A stretch of 61,014 nucleotides of DNA, the filler included, from Sphacelaria rigidula (lineage: Eukaryota): the NCBI GenBank assembly GCA_964200075.2. It is 6 parts of 6 records of this genome, joined end to end, with 100 filler letters (N's around TTAATTAATTAA, not from the genome) between each part and the next. Parts side by side here need not be neighbours in the genome. Positions count along the whole stretch, not along the records: positions 10,187 to 20,272 come from CAXNAA020007176.1; positions 20,373 to 30,458 come from CAXNAA020007177.1; 4 more parts are not named here. One strand, written 5' to 3'. Position numbers and translations under genes: made by a program. Positions 10,874 to 23,478 of this stretch are shown one piece after another (the stretch's first letter is position 1; each line of letters begins with the position of its first letter). Under the pieces are notes generated by a model. The model did not search any database and was not told the origin of the DNA. It was given only the letters and a program-made list of their open reading frames with translations.

Positions 10874-13800
10874 CTGTAATGGAGGCAGCTCATCCGCACG
10901 GAGGCGTTGCAGTGCCAGATTCTGCAGACAAGCAAAATACAGAGCAGCAGTGACAAGAAAAACGAATGGTCGAGGTCGAGGGGGCGAAGGGGGAGCTCAC
11001 AACACAAACTTAACAGAACATAACAGGCCAGGTGAGCCGATGAGATGGTGCATGAGCTCAAGCCGGATATACTATGGCAGATTGAAAGAAACCTGATGGC
11101 ATTATGACGAGACAGAATCTACTCCAGAACGCAATATGGTGCAATGACCTATGAATTGTCTCATTTTTTTCTGAAGTATGGTCATGACTACAGAACATTA
11201 CTGTCTACGGTCCTATCTTCTCGAAAGAGTGAAGAGCGATAGATATTATTTACTTCTTCCTAGCAAGCCCTTCCTGTTGACTTAGTGGCTCAGAGGGCGG
11301 GCAGTATGCAGTTTTGCACCTGGATATCTTGATTACTTGAGGGAAGGTGGTCCCGTCAGGCAGCGGTACTCTCACAAAAAACAATACGCCCTCACTGCCT
11401 CACTGAGAGTTACACCCGTCTGCGTCGTTGTGTGAATGCTTAGTTGCCTGCACAGCACGCACAACAGGCAGGGTACAGTATACACGCGGTGGTGTGCGAC
11501 GCAATACAACAACGACCCACAAACACGAAACATGCTTCATACAGCGACGTCTCACGCCACAGCCTAGCTACTTCGTGGTCTCCAGTGTTGTACTGTGTGG
11601 TTTCGACTGCGTGTACACCATGTGCGTGTGTGCACCCCGGCCTCAGAAGAAAATGACCACTGGAATACCAACACCCCGTTTCGAACTCCATAACATAATA
11701 GTTGTAGATTGGACGTGGCAATTGTTCTCATGTGTAAATTTGGAAGCTATGGTTTTGACGTGCCTTAGACAGAGTCGTGCTTGACTATCTTGGTTTAGTG
11801 GGATATTAGGGTGATTCCACCACCTCGAACATCGGCGCGCTTCTTTCAAAGCTGCGGTCGGAGGCTTTCAGAAGGTTTAGACATTCACTTTGCCGGAGCT
11901 GACCGATTTTCGGAGTGAGAGCAAAATGCGAATAGGGATTCACCCATTTTTCCAGGTGTTGCCGGATCTCGGAGTATTGGTCGTCTCCAGCAGCGAAAAT
12001 ACTCGAAGCCACTTCAAGCCTCTCACTGCAGTCTTCGAGCAAGTCCGCCCACCATGTTTGGCGTGACTGCAAACGCGAGATAATATCCACGACGCCCTGC
12101 ATGGGAAAAAAGTATCTCACCGTCACCATGCTGCCGTCAACACCCCACTGGGATCCCACCCATCACCCGTCACCCATCACATATCACATCGTCCCAAACT
12201 GTCGTTTCGAACTTGCATTGAACTGTGCATTCCGTCATAAATCTCGAGTATCGACTAAATACTCCGGCATCCGCTGCGGAATGTTCCATCACCCGCAACT
12301 CACAATCGTCAACCTCGAGGTTCGAGGGCATCGACAAAACTACAAACCTCGACTTCCGTGGCCAGGACAAGCTGCTCCGCTATGCCTTCGGTCTTTCCGA
12401 GGACACCATTCTTAGCTAGCGCCTGCATTGTTGACCACAATAAAATTAACGTCAGGCGAAGATGGCTCGTGAGCATCTGAACCATTGGACCACATGATCA
12501 TTCCGGCCATTCACTCAGTAGCAGCCGCGCTTGGGTGGTCCAAAACGCTGCACCTACGGTCAGTTAGGGTGCACGGTTGCGGATTCGAATCGAGAGACGT
12601 ACGGTCTCATCAAGCAGAATTCGGCTTCCGCCGTGGACTGCCTGAGGACGCGCGTAGCAAGGAAAAGTCGCGCAAATTGATGCAGTGCGGGAGTGTCGCC
12701 TCAATCCGAAACGAAATACCAAAGTTTCATGCAAGTGACGGGGAGAGATGAGTGAGACCCAAGAACTACGGATTAGTTCGGGGGAGGGAAGGGGTTGAAA
12801 TGATGAAGCATGCATGCTTCTATCGCATGTGAAAAATAGTATGTCCTAGACAGAAACTTGTACGAATTTTCCATGTAGTATGCGCATCACCCCCCGCTTG
12901 ATGAGCCTCTTGGTTCGTTCTTTGGCAATAGAATTGTAGAGGCAACTCATTTCGCCGACTAGAGGTGAGGATATTTGTTCATCACCGTTCACATGTCTTG
13001 TTCTGCGTGTGTTGGGTCGCCAAATCGACACTCTCAGTACAAGACTTCCCCGTGACTTCTTGACTCAGTCCACCAGTCACCCACCAGTCGTCCCTCACCA
13101 ACTGTATGGCTCTTTGTTGCCCACACAACTCAGGGACTTTATCTTTCGTCGCGTTGGTGGGAAAAAGGGTTCGAAACGGAGACGGACTTTCCTCTCCACA
13201 ATCGTACAGAGTTATCACACTGGTGTCGCCATTGTGCGAAGGTTATCTCCTCGACAAACACTTGGGGGATTTTTTCCTGCCCATGTAGAAGTACACACAT
13301 TTCTTTCTCTCTCTCTCTCTATATATATATCATTTAGGCGGGGCGAGGGCGACCAAGGTTGACCAATTACCACGCAGGCAGTTCAAGGTCTCCTCAACGC
13401 AGTCAGGTCATTTTCATCCTACATACACGCCACCTGTTTTCGGAATTCATCTGACGCCGTATCTCTCTTACAATTTCTACCGAATATTTGGTCGACTTTG
13501 TCTCTGCCAGACACTGTACCTTGTCTGCGCGGCACACAGGGCAGCTCATAAACCCGAACGTCAATCTTGCGGTTGGCCTTCCTTTCTGGAGTAGTTCTCG
13601 TCCACACGCAGCGTGCACGAAATGCCCGCACTCCAGCTGACAGTGCACAAATACACCAGCGAGGGGGATGGTCGGGATGTGTTAGCTACGCAGTGCTGCA
13701 ACATAAGGGTGAGGGGGTAGGCAATGTGCTCCGTAACGAGCAAACCATTTATCGGAACCTACTCGGGAAAAAGAAAACTGGAAATAATATGCTCTGTGCA

Positions 13801-14151
13801 GTGCACTAACTCTTCTGCGATGGGTGCTGCGCCCCTCTTTCACCAAACTCGTTGACGCTGGAAAACAGACGACGCTAAATGTCATGTAATATGTATTGCA
13901 TCCCCACGTTTAGTAAACTGCAAGAGCTGAGGTCTAATGTTGACCTTTCAGCGCAATTCGGCAGCACAATACGAGGGAAACGAATCACGGCAACGTTACC
14001 TTGACGCAGGGAGCAGCCAGAAGCGACTCCGTCCAGCACACGTTACAAAACTCCGCATCTCCGTCGATCGCGGCCGATGGGCAGCCAGGCTCCATGCATG
14101 GTAGACACTCTTCCGCACCTGGCGACGTGAACGAAATGCACGGACAAGAAA

Positions 14152-14189
<38 letters not shown>

Positions 14190-17100
14190 CATGTAACTCA
14201 AAACGTTCAAGTATGGCGCGTTGACAAACCAAACAAGTGTAACTGTTTTTGACGACGTTGAAATGCTTGCTGCGTGACGCACCATCACCGGAAGCTGTGA
14301 AGTAATCGACTCCTTCATGAGGGATTCTTTACAGTTTCACGTCTTTGTGTTTGACCCTCCAAACGCCTCCATACATGCGGAAGAAAATGAGATTTGTATG
14401 ACAACATGATGTGAGGAGTACAGGCCTCGAAGCCCGCTCTTCACAACGTATAACTTGCGCAATTTGCCGTCATGAATGATGTATTCGTTACGAGCTGGGT
14501 CAGCCTAAAAACGGATAAAAGCTCTAAAAGCGATACCTCTTCGACGCAGACGAGTTGGGCCGTGATCTGCATATCGTGTTAATCGTCTAATTAAGGGGAA
14601 GGTGCCCATCTGCTCAAAAGTTTGGGCCCATATTTTCTCCTTGATTAAACCCCATGTCTAGTAATTCCTTTAGCTGAGGGAGATAGGGCCAATACCTTGC
14701 CAATACTAAAATCTCTATGAAACTCCCGATCGATGGATTTAGCGGATGGCGACGAATGTTGGTGTGGAGAACCACAAAAGAGTGTCGAAATGAAAAATGG
14801 GCCTTCATTATTTTTTTTCAGTAGAGGTCAGGGCGTTTTTGTGAAAAAATGGTCTTCACCATAGTAGAACGCCCTCAACCAGTGGAAAAAATTGAAAAAA
14901 ATCAACCTGACCCATTATTTTTTGTTGACAAAGCCTTAGAGAGCGCCCATACCAAATTTCAATACACGAAAACCAAACGTGGGCCGGTGAGTGGCCTGCA
15001 AAATACTGTTCCGAATTTCTACCGACCCGGTTTTTGAAAGGCCCATGCTCTTTTATACATCTAGAGTTGGACCCTGAAATTTGGTATGGACAGTGCATAC
15101 GACATAAAAATATAAATTACTGAAGTACCAAACGTTTTTTCTCATAAGTTAAGGGCAGTACTCGGTTTTCAGGTATCACTAAAATGCCCTTGACTCATGG
15201 AAAAAAAAAAACTTTTGGTACTTTGGTAATTTTTTTCATGCCCCATGCACTGTCCATACCAAATTTCAGGGCCCAACTCTATATGTATAAAATAGCATGG
15301 GCCTGCAAACTTCAAATCCGCCTCTAGGCTGGCCCAGCTCGTGGATTACATAATGTCCAACAACGATGGAGCATGACATTTCAAGACGTGGATATGACAC
15401 TTTTGGGCGATTCATGGCAGTTTCCACGCACTCATGTCATGACATTCGATAATATGATGGGAAAAATGACAAGATGCCGAAGGGGGCGAGGGCCAAAAAC
15501 CACCTGGACCGTACCGTACCACACCATACCATACCGTATGGTTGTTATCCCATCTATTCCGGACGCCAGCCTACGCCTTTCGGTATAAGGGGGCACATCA
15601 GCCGGGGTCACACGGGAGAAAAGTCAACACAGGAGTTTTTTCTTTGTTTTAGCACCCCATCTTTCTTTTGTGGTGCTTGCCCTTTTTTTTATCGCGAGAA
15701 GGGTTCGGTGATCTCTTTTCTCTCGTCAACCTCGAAGTCGAATTTTGTGTGCCCACGACATGGTCGCTCTCCACTGTTGGGTATGATGCGACAAAAAATC
15801 CCTGATCGTGTGACATCACCAAGATTCGAACCCATGTCTCAACCGTCAGACGGTTTCGACATCACCAAGTCGGCCACCAGGGCGACCAGTGTACCGTGCA
15901 TCGTGGACATAGTATGTACATTCTCTTGGCATTTATTCTTGGAGCGGTTACAATTGTCACAAGGGTCAGAGCCACACCTACAGCTCTCAGGTGCAAGCTA
16001 GGACACGCCGAACCCGAGCTCCATCAACGATCTGGAGGCTGTGAGGCTGTACGTCTTTGGTCCAAGGCAAGGGCTAACGCGCAACCCCACATCCGAAGCA
16101 ATTCGTGTTTCACCACAATGCTATTGTTGCAAGCCCCTACTCATAGGCTAGACAGGTAAAGATCACCAACAGCAATCGAGATGCGACCCGCACACGTGAG
16201 CAACAGACTCCACACGTTGAACAGCTCATGAGCTACTCAAATATTACTTCTCATCAGTGTACTGGTTCGAATCATGAGCTAGCTCATCTGGCTCCCTTTT
16301 TCCTATATTTGCTCCGTCCAGCGCTGGGTGCCGAACACGGGGATTAGCGCAAAGGTAGCGCGTTGGCTTTTCGGACCACGCTGTGATGTGGTGTTCGTGG
16401 ACAACGGACCTGGGAGTTATCCTTCTAGATATTATTTTTTCAGGTCACGCATGAGCTGTCCGACGTACGTGAAAATTCCACTATTCCCAGAATTCATCAT
16501 CAATTGCACAGCAATGCCTGCATTTCGTCAGCGCGCTTAGGGTTCAAATTCCAGTACGATATCGCTCCTTCTCACCCGGGCCGCGGCAAGGGTGCCCGCA
16601 AGATAGTTTCTTCCGACAGCTCTCGTTCGCGCGTTGTTGGCACTCCTCGCTTCCACAGCACGGAGGAGCAAGACCTTCCTCTTGTTCGCCGCTTGAAACA
16701 CCGCTTTCATCGCTGCCTTCGACTTTTCCTGACCAACACAACCAACCACCACGGCAATTCAACAATAGAGAGGCGGCGTGTTTACGACGCAAGCATCTAT
16801 TACACTAAACCAGACGAAAATCACCCCGCAGGTTTTGGGTCATGTGCCTGCCGTGCACCCGTAAGCGCGACCTGCATGCCGTGGTGATGGTAGCTTGCGC
16901 TATCCACGGCCGGCAAAAAAAACACCGAGATGAAAACATACACAGTTGTTCGTTGAACGGGCGGCACCTGCTTACGCTGTTGTGTTCATGGCATGGTGCA
17001 TGGGAATTTATTTCCACGGCGGGAATAGAGTGGAAATGCAACTCATGAGAAAGGCCTCGTGCGTGCATACCTTCGGGTCCCTCGGCCTCTTGTGCAGCGT

Positions 17101-19938
17101 CGCCGCAGTAGACGCACTTAGGCCTTGCCTGATAAGCGACCCAGCTTTCACAGCTGAAGCCGAAATGGTACGGGAGGCACCGACAGGTATCGCAAAACGT
17201 TGCGCTGCACGACGGACACCTGAATCGATGACGTCCGCTGTGCCTGTCGTGTATCCAAGCATGCAGCGCAGAATATGGCGGTCGGCCTTCAGCACCAACG
17301 ACTCCGCGTGATGTGGTACGTACATAACTTGAAACATCTCCTCACAACGTTTTCCGTGTTATTTCGTACGACGAGCTAGCGCAGAGCATCTCAGCGTCAA
17401 TTCTTCTCGAAGACCTGACGCAACGCAAAGTCGTCACAGCCCATTAGCCACCTTTTGGCGAAGACCAAGGGTGCGCAACAGATGAGAAATCCGTCCCAGG
17501 CGGGGTTTGATATCCTTTCAAAACCTGTTCCAACGATCGTTGACAACATATCAACAGGACGAATGATGACCACCCAACGTATCTGAGGCACATTTATCTC
17601 CCCCCTCCAAAATCTCGCACTAGTTCATAACCGCTCTGACCTCATTGCTGCTCGGCGAGAGAGATTAGAGCCCTTGGGTAGTTCCTGGGTAGACACCCCT
17701 CCTCCTCCTCCACGCGCGGCATCTTCGTTGGGTACTAGCTCGTACACCTGGACACAGTGCCGAACGCGACACAAGAGAGTCGAGTGTTGCATACTGTACT
17801 GTGGTAAGCCGTTAGTGCCTTCGGCCCCACGATGTTCAATATGGGTACGCCGTCCTGTAGTCCAACTAGTGACTGAAGTACCTTTGTACAGTGCACAACT
17901 AGTTACGTGGAATATACGCCGTCCTGTAGTCCAACTAGTGACTGAAGTACCCTTGTACAGTGCACAACTAGTTACGTGGAAAAGGTACGTCGTCGTGGAG
18001 CATTTTCCCTCATCACGTTTTGGAAGGCAAGAGCATATTGGCCGCATCAAATCACGCAGCACCTCATCCTAAAATTGCCAGTCAAGTCTCAAAGCGTGAG
18101 GTAGAGACGCACGTGCACGACTACCAATCAACTCACCATTGGGCACCCTGGACAGCGCACAAACCCCGGTGGTAAAGACTCCATAAATAGCTCCAAACTG
18201 TGTTGCTCCGCGTCCATGGTTTCCACGGGGACGGTAGCCTTGACAGGTGCATCGCCTCCAGCAGCATTCATTTCCACGGAAACTACGTCATCATCCACAC
18301 TAATTGGCTCCGATCCCGTTCCACTGCCCTTCGCGGACCCCGGTACCTCAGAATTACCAGCTTTTGTCGCTTCCGCTGTGGCCGACTCTGCACCTACACT
18401 CCCAAATGTCACACTTCCTCCGACGGAAGATGCAGAGTTTTGGCGTTCTGGAGACGCCAATACATTCTTAGCTGCAGTCGACCCTGCTGCCGCTGGTGCA
18501 ACCGCAGGTGGGTTTTTTACCTCGCTCGAGTCAGCCGTTTGAATATTTACGGTTGAAGCCGACGGCAAGGATTCTGCCACCGCGGCAGTGCATACTGCCG
18601 CTGACTCATGTTCATGCCCTGGTGCTCCCGTATGTAGTGCGACACCTCCCTCAGCCCCCCCATTGAACTTACTGTCACCACTTGCCCCGTGTGCCGAATC
18701 ATCTTTCAACGTTACAGTTCCGTTACCATTGTGCTTTGCCTCCGATGTTCCCGACATGTCTTCCTCCTCCTGCACATCGGCAGTCCACTTCAACGGGGGA
18801 CATTCGAGCTTCTTCACTTCTTGAGAATCATCTCTGACGTCCGAACCAGATGACTCTGACGACGCAACTTGATCCGTATGGGGGGTTGGAGAACTTGAAA
18901 CATGTGAAACATCGATACTCGTAGCGCCTTTCGAAGAGTTTTGGAACGATTCATTGCTGTTCAACCCTGTGCTATCCCCTTCGGTCTCAGTATCCGACCC
19001 CTTGAGTGAGACCCCATTCAAGTCACCGACTGCCCATGCACCAGCCACAGCTCCCACGAAATCTACATCATCTGCGCCCGCACTAGCTTCTTCATAGTCG
19101 TGTGGTAGTTTGGGACTGGGTATATCTGGGGAAGAATGTCCGCTGGAGGCACTACAGCTACTGTTTTGGGATGCAATGCTTTCTATCCCGCCCTTTCCAC
19201 CCTCAGCGAGTTCGCTCGATTTGGGTGAGGTACCTGACAAAAATAGACGACAGCATGGCGTAGCGACGTGGAGCGGTGTAAAGACATCTGGGTTGGTATA
19301 TTTAGCAGTAAGCTGCTGACGCCATACTCGCTTCCCCAATATCTACGGCTAAAAATAGGAGGCAATACCCGAAACTCAACATTCGAACAATGGAAGTAGA
19401 CAGAAACGCACGCCATCAGATATCGAAAGGCGGTTCTACACTGTAAAGCGCAACGGAGCTGCCGTACTTTGTAACAGCGTCGAGGATCAATCGCTAGATT
19501 AACTTTCGCAGATTGAGAGATCCACTGCGACTGCAACCATATTCACAATAATGAATCAAGCGTGAACGAGCGGAGAAACTCGCTGAGCGGAAGTCGAGAA
19601 AAAGGAAAAATAAAAAAAAGCAAATCAGGAAGGAAAAGAGAGACGAGACGAAACAAAAGGGGAGGAAAGGATAGGATAGGTTAATGTCTCGTACCGGCTA
19701 CGAGAACTCCCGACTGAGACACAATGAATGAATCAAAGCCGAACCACATTCCATATAACCTTGTCAAATCAGTTGTAGGACCGAGCACTGGTCGCGTCTG
19801 CCAGTACAGTCTGACACATCGAGATACTATCCTGGCAAACCCGAAAATCCAAGTATAGTGCAAATAGCAAGATAAGGTCCTACAGGCCTCACCGGGTAGG
19901 ACTCCGTCGTCGCTTGCATTACTGCCCAAATCGATTGC
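10874..19938 (-). CDS. E3 ubiquitin ligase with an IBR-like zinc domain and an MYCBP2/Highwire-type RING module, partial at both ends. Exons 19938-19893, 19233-18137, 17747-17641, 17219-17071, 16728-16576, 14118-14000, 13636-13520, then tentative 12422-12348 and 10921-10874.
   Basis: Spliced reading: ...PPGFVRCPGCPM|VYELVP...|RCPSCSATFCDTCRCLPYHFGFSCESW (IBR-like)...KCVYCG...CCGSEECQQRANESCRKKLSCGHPCRGP|GAEECLPCMEPGC...DAEFCNVCWTESLLAAPCVK|LECGHFVHAACGRELLQKGRPTARLTFGFMSCPVCR, then LVLATEVE|NLALQRL. This pattern is collinear with the MYCBP2 C-terminal region. Junctions are GT-AG with matching phases. Confidence 0.85.
14154..14188. repeat. (GT)n microsatellite
   Basis: Seen directly in the sequence. 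Confidence 0.95.
14490..15342. mobile_element. Non-autonomous TIR element (27-bp imperfect TIRs) with an internal ~260-bp hairpin
   Basis: Left end ACGAGCTGGGTCAGCCTAAAAACGGAT pairs with right end ATCCGCCTCTAGGCTGGCCCAGCTCGT. Internal inverted repeat at ~15040-15303. A homologous copy lies at 10187-10756. Confidence 0.8.
15510..15887 (-). mobile_element. tRNA-derived SINE with a (TATGG)n-like tail
   Basis: Minus-strand head GGTCGCCCTGGTGGCCGACTTGG (A-box-like) ... GGTTCGAATC (B-box). A related head lies at 30559-30601. Confidence 0.7.
17846..17982. repeat. Near-perfect 69-bp tandem duplication (intronic)
   Basis: TACGCCGTCCTGTAGTCCAACTAGTGACTGAAGTACC... occurs at 17846 and 17915. Confidence 0.95.
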
Positions 19939-20272
19939 CTGCGGCAAACAAAAAACGCGCATACAAAAAGGCTAGGCGGTTTGAGTGACAGCCAGATTCC
20001 CATCATGGAGAAGTGTAGCTCTTGCGTATGGAGGCGTTCATTTCTTACGATTTCATCAAGGTTATAATATATTTGCATGAGTGACGTATGTACTGCGGAA
20101 AGATGCAGTCAATCTACGCTGGTTTTCGTCATCTTACTATACGTAAGACCCACTTTTATGGCAACGAGTCCCGATTTTTACAAGTATGAGGATTTCAGCC
20201 CATTTACAGGCGATTTTCTCCCGTGGATTGATTTTTCGGACCCCAGTCCGTTGGACAACATTTTTCGGCTAG

Positions 20273-20372
20273 NNNNNNNNNNNNNNNNNNNNNNNNNNNN
20301 NNNNNNNNNNNNNNNNTTAATTAATTAANNNNNNNNNNNNNNNNNNNNNNNNNNNNNNNNNNNNNNNNNNNN
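20273..20372. other. Artificial scaffold linker
   Basis: N44-TTAATTAATTAA-N44. Confidence 0.98.
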
Positions 20373-23300
20373 TGAGTTGAACCTCATTTTTTTTTTCAAC
20401 CCCATTTTCGAAAATCGGCTGTTATCACGGTCTCAAGCGGAAGATACCCTCACTGGTGAATCCACTACCTTGGCTGACATCGCTCTCGATGAGAGGTATG
20501 ACGGCCGCCGCAGGTGCCTTGTGAATGAGATAGATTCGGGTGTTCCTCCAGAGTACAGTATGCGTTTAGTTTGCTCCTCCCTGGTACAGCAATATGCCAG
20601 ATGCGACTGCGTCCATATGCTACCAGAGATATTCTGCCGGAACCGCACGACGGCAGTCCCATGTCACGCACTCTCTCTGCGGAGTCGCGTGGGCAGGATA
20701 GGCTGCTTCATCGATTGGTCTGTTTGCCAGACACTGCTTTAGTTCCCCGGCTATGTTCTATTTTCCTCGACATAATGTGTTGGTATCCATCATCTTGGAG
20801 CTTTTACATTAGGTTGACAAATTTATCTGCTCAATAGTCTCTTACGTGGTTCGGCAGCTCAGCCGCCGTATGCAGGCGAAGCAGGTTGCACAGTTGGCAG
20901 TACACATTCACAGGGAGCTCGCGTTAGGAAGAATGTATACCTTCTCTAATGTCACTATACAATAATAGATGGGGGGTTACGTACTCATCAGAAAAATCAA
21001 GGGCAATGCTATGGTGATACTCTCAGAGGCGAAACACATGGTGACGCCAAACAACGGTTTTTTGCAAAATACATGTCATTACATACCCGGTGCAAACGTC
21101 TCACGATGTTGTCCCGTGTACTATGATTTTTCATCTGCATCACACCAACCCTCTCAGACAGATGCCGGCGCCTCCTGGTTTACAGCAATCAAGACGATAT
21201 CATGGTGCTCCGCTTCCTAGTTTACACCAGTCCAGGCCACATCGCGGCCGTCTTCCCCTAGTATTGTACATCTTGAAGCAGTGTAGCACGTTTAGTGTAC
21301 ACAGTAAAATGACACAACCACACAAAATCAGTGTGAAATATCGAGTATCAAGTCCTTGCTGTGTTGTACGCGGTAAACAGACAACATCCATCAGCATTTC
21401 GCGCGGCACGCCGATTCGCGTTGTTTCTTTTTACAAGAGGGGGAATATAATCAAAACAACATCCAGAGAACAAAACCCACACAGCACACACGAAGGATCG
21501 TTGAAAAAGCACACAACCACAGCCCTGCTGAACCATAACATTCGGAACAACACACACAACGGCAAGTTGACCCAACAAGCTCAGGAATCAATATCATCAC
21601 GCCAAAGGGCCCACAAGACCCATCACCACATCAAAAAGTATCAACTGTACACCGGATGACTGTTTCCGTAGGTGAGGGAGAATTTCCCCCAATAACTGCA
21701 CCCCCCTCTCCCCAACTCGAGTGCACATAGGTTCAACCTCCACGTCCTCGAGAAAAAAACATATCACATCCACCTGAACGATCCCGATCATAACGAGATA
21801 CAGTAAATGCAAAAACAAAACTTCCAGTGCTCTTGAGCAACCGCCGCAAGTTTTAGCAATATTCAGGTCCAACAACTTCATGACGCCATCTGTGGGAAAC
21901 TCGAGAAGCATCAAAAAAAGTCTGGACGACCCTTCTCCCGAGCTTCGCGTTCACTACGCCGACGCCTGCCTCTCGTCTCCTCGAGCAATACCTCTGGGCC
22001 CCCGTCTCCGTTGACAGTCGCAAGCGAATGCCTCTCGTTTGGTAAGCTCGGCCTCTCGCCTGTCGAGTGCTTCCTTTTGCCTCCTCAAAGCCTCTGTCGA
22101 AAGCGTTTTTACAGGAGCAGAGAGGGAACGCCAAGTTGAATTCCAGTCCGTCAACATACGTGAAATATTTTGGTGTCACTTCATGCAGCTGGGATCAAAG
22201 AACAGTTGCAACAAGCTCTGAGCTCCCGCATTCGCAACTGACTGTATAGAGGTCCATTCCGCTCCTTAGGTCGGTCCGCAAAAGAGCTCAGGGAGTAGGT
22301 CAATATGTTGACTTCATCTGGGTCGCATACATGGACTCGACGAGTCCTTCTCTTCTGGTTTCTGCAGCTTCAACAAATAGCGGTTCTCACAAGCTCTGAA
22401 CTTCCACGCTCGCGACTAGCCGCATGGGGGAGGGGGAGGGCACTCGTGACCTTGCATGCCGTAGTCTTATGACCATTGACTTCGCATCCCTACAAAACCG
22501 GGAAGGGGTACGCCGCGTTTCCACCGAACCAGGCTCGCGATCAACCACCAAACTCGAAGCGCCGTGAAGTGTTTGGCGAGTCGCGTGAGGGGTGAGCTGA
22601 ATCCTGGTCAGAGTGTTCGGCCCGAACTGTACTGATAATTTGCGTGCGGATGACAGTCTCCAATGAATAATACCACTTCCAGAAACGGCAGAGATAGCAA
22701 CGGGTTACACTGCCTCATGGGTGTCTCATCAGAAAGTGGGGGGGGGGGTCATCTACCTCCTAGGTCCCGTCCATACAACAACTTAGCGACCAGAGTCTTC
22801 TAATCTCGTGCGACTGGCGACGCCAAAAATGATACAACTCACTAACACAGCTACCTTAGGCTGACGGCGATACCATTTTATGCATGAGGTTATCATACCC
22901 TGAGGCGCGTTTGGTATTTCAGTAGCCTCTCTTGATATGGAAAAAAAAAGCAGAGGCCGTATTACTGTTGTGATCTTCCGCGGCATTTTCCGCTCGAGAA
23001 GAGCGCTACGACGAACTGACCCTTCCATCTCGAAATGTCTTACTCTTCCACCAGAAAGGGCTCGTCGCTGCTTTTGCGTAACATGGGTTGCACGGAGTTC
23101 GGCATCAGAGTGCATGAGGGATGCTATGCGCTACCACTAGAATACGACAAAGTACGCGAAAACGTGTGAAGACATCGGAGTCGTCCTGGACCTTGACCGT
23201 CCCTCCAAGAAATACTTCTCTAGCTGGAAATTACACTGCGGTAACGGGGGAAAGTACATATTGCCCTGGAACCCTTTGAAGCAGGGGAGCAAGTCATTCC

Positions 23301-23478
23301 GAGGTCTCAAACTCCGCTGAGCCCTCATGTGGGGGTCAACAATGACGTGAAAGAGGGCCACAATTTTCCGAGAGGTTCGTCTGTTCGGGTTAGAGGCAGC
23401 GAGTCCCTGATCATGTCAGTTGAGCAACCTACATGCATGGATCAAAACGGTGGAAGGGGGAAGAGATGAAAAGCAACA

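Noticed and set aside
15800..15887. Functional tRNA gene
   Set aside because: A/B boxes are present, but the arms are degenerate and the sequence continues into a repeat body and tail, which fits a SINE.
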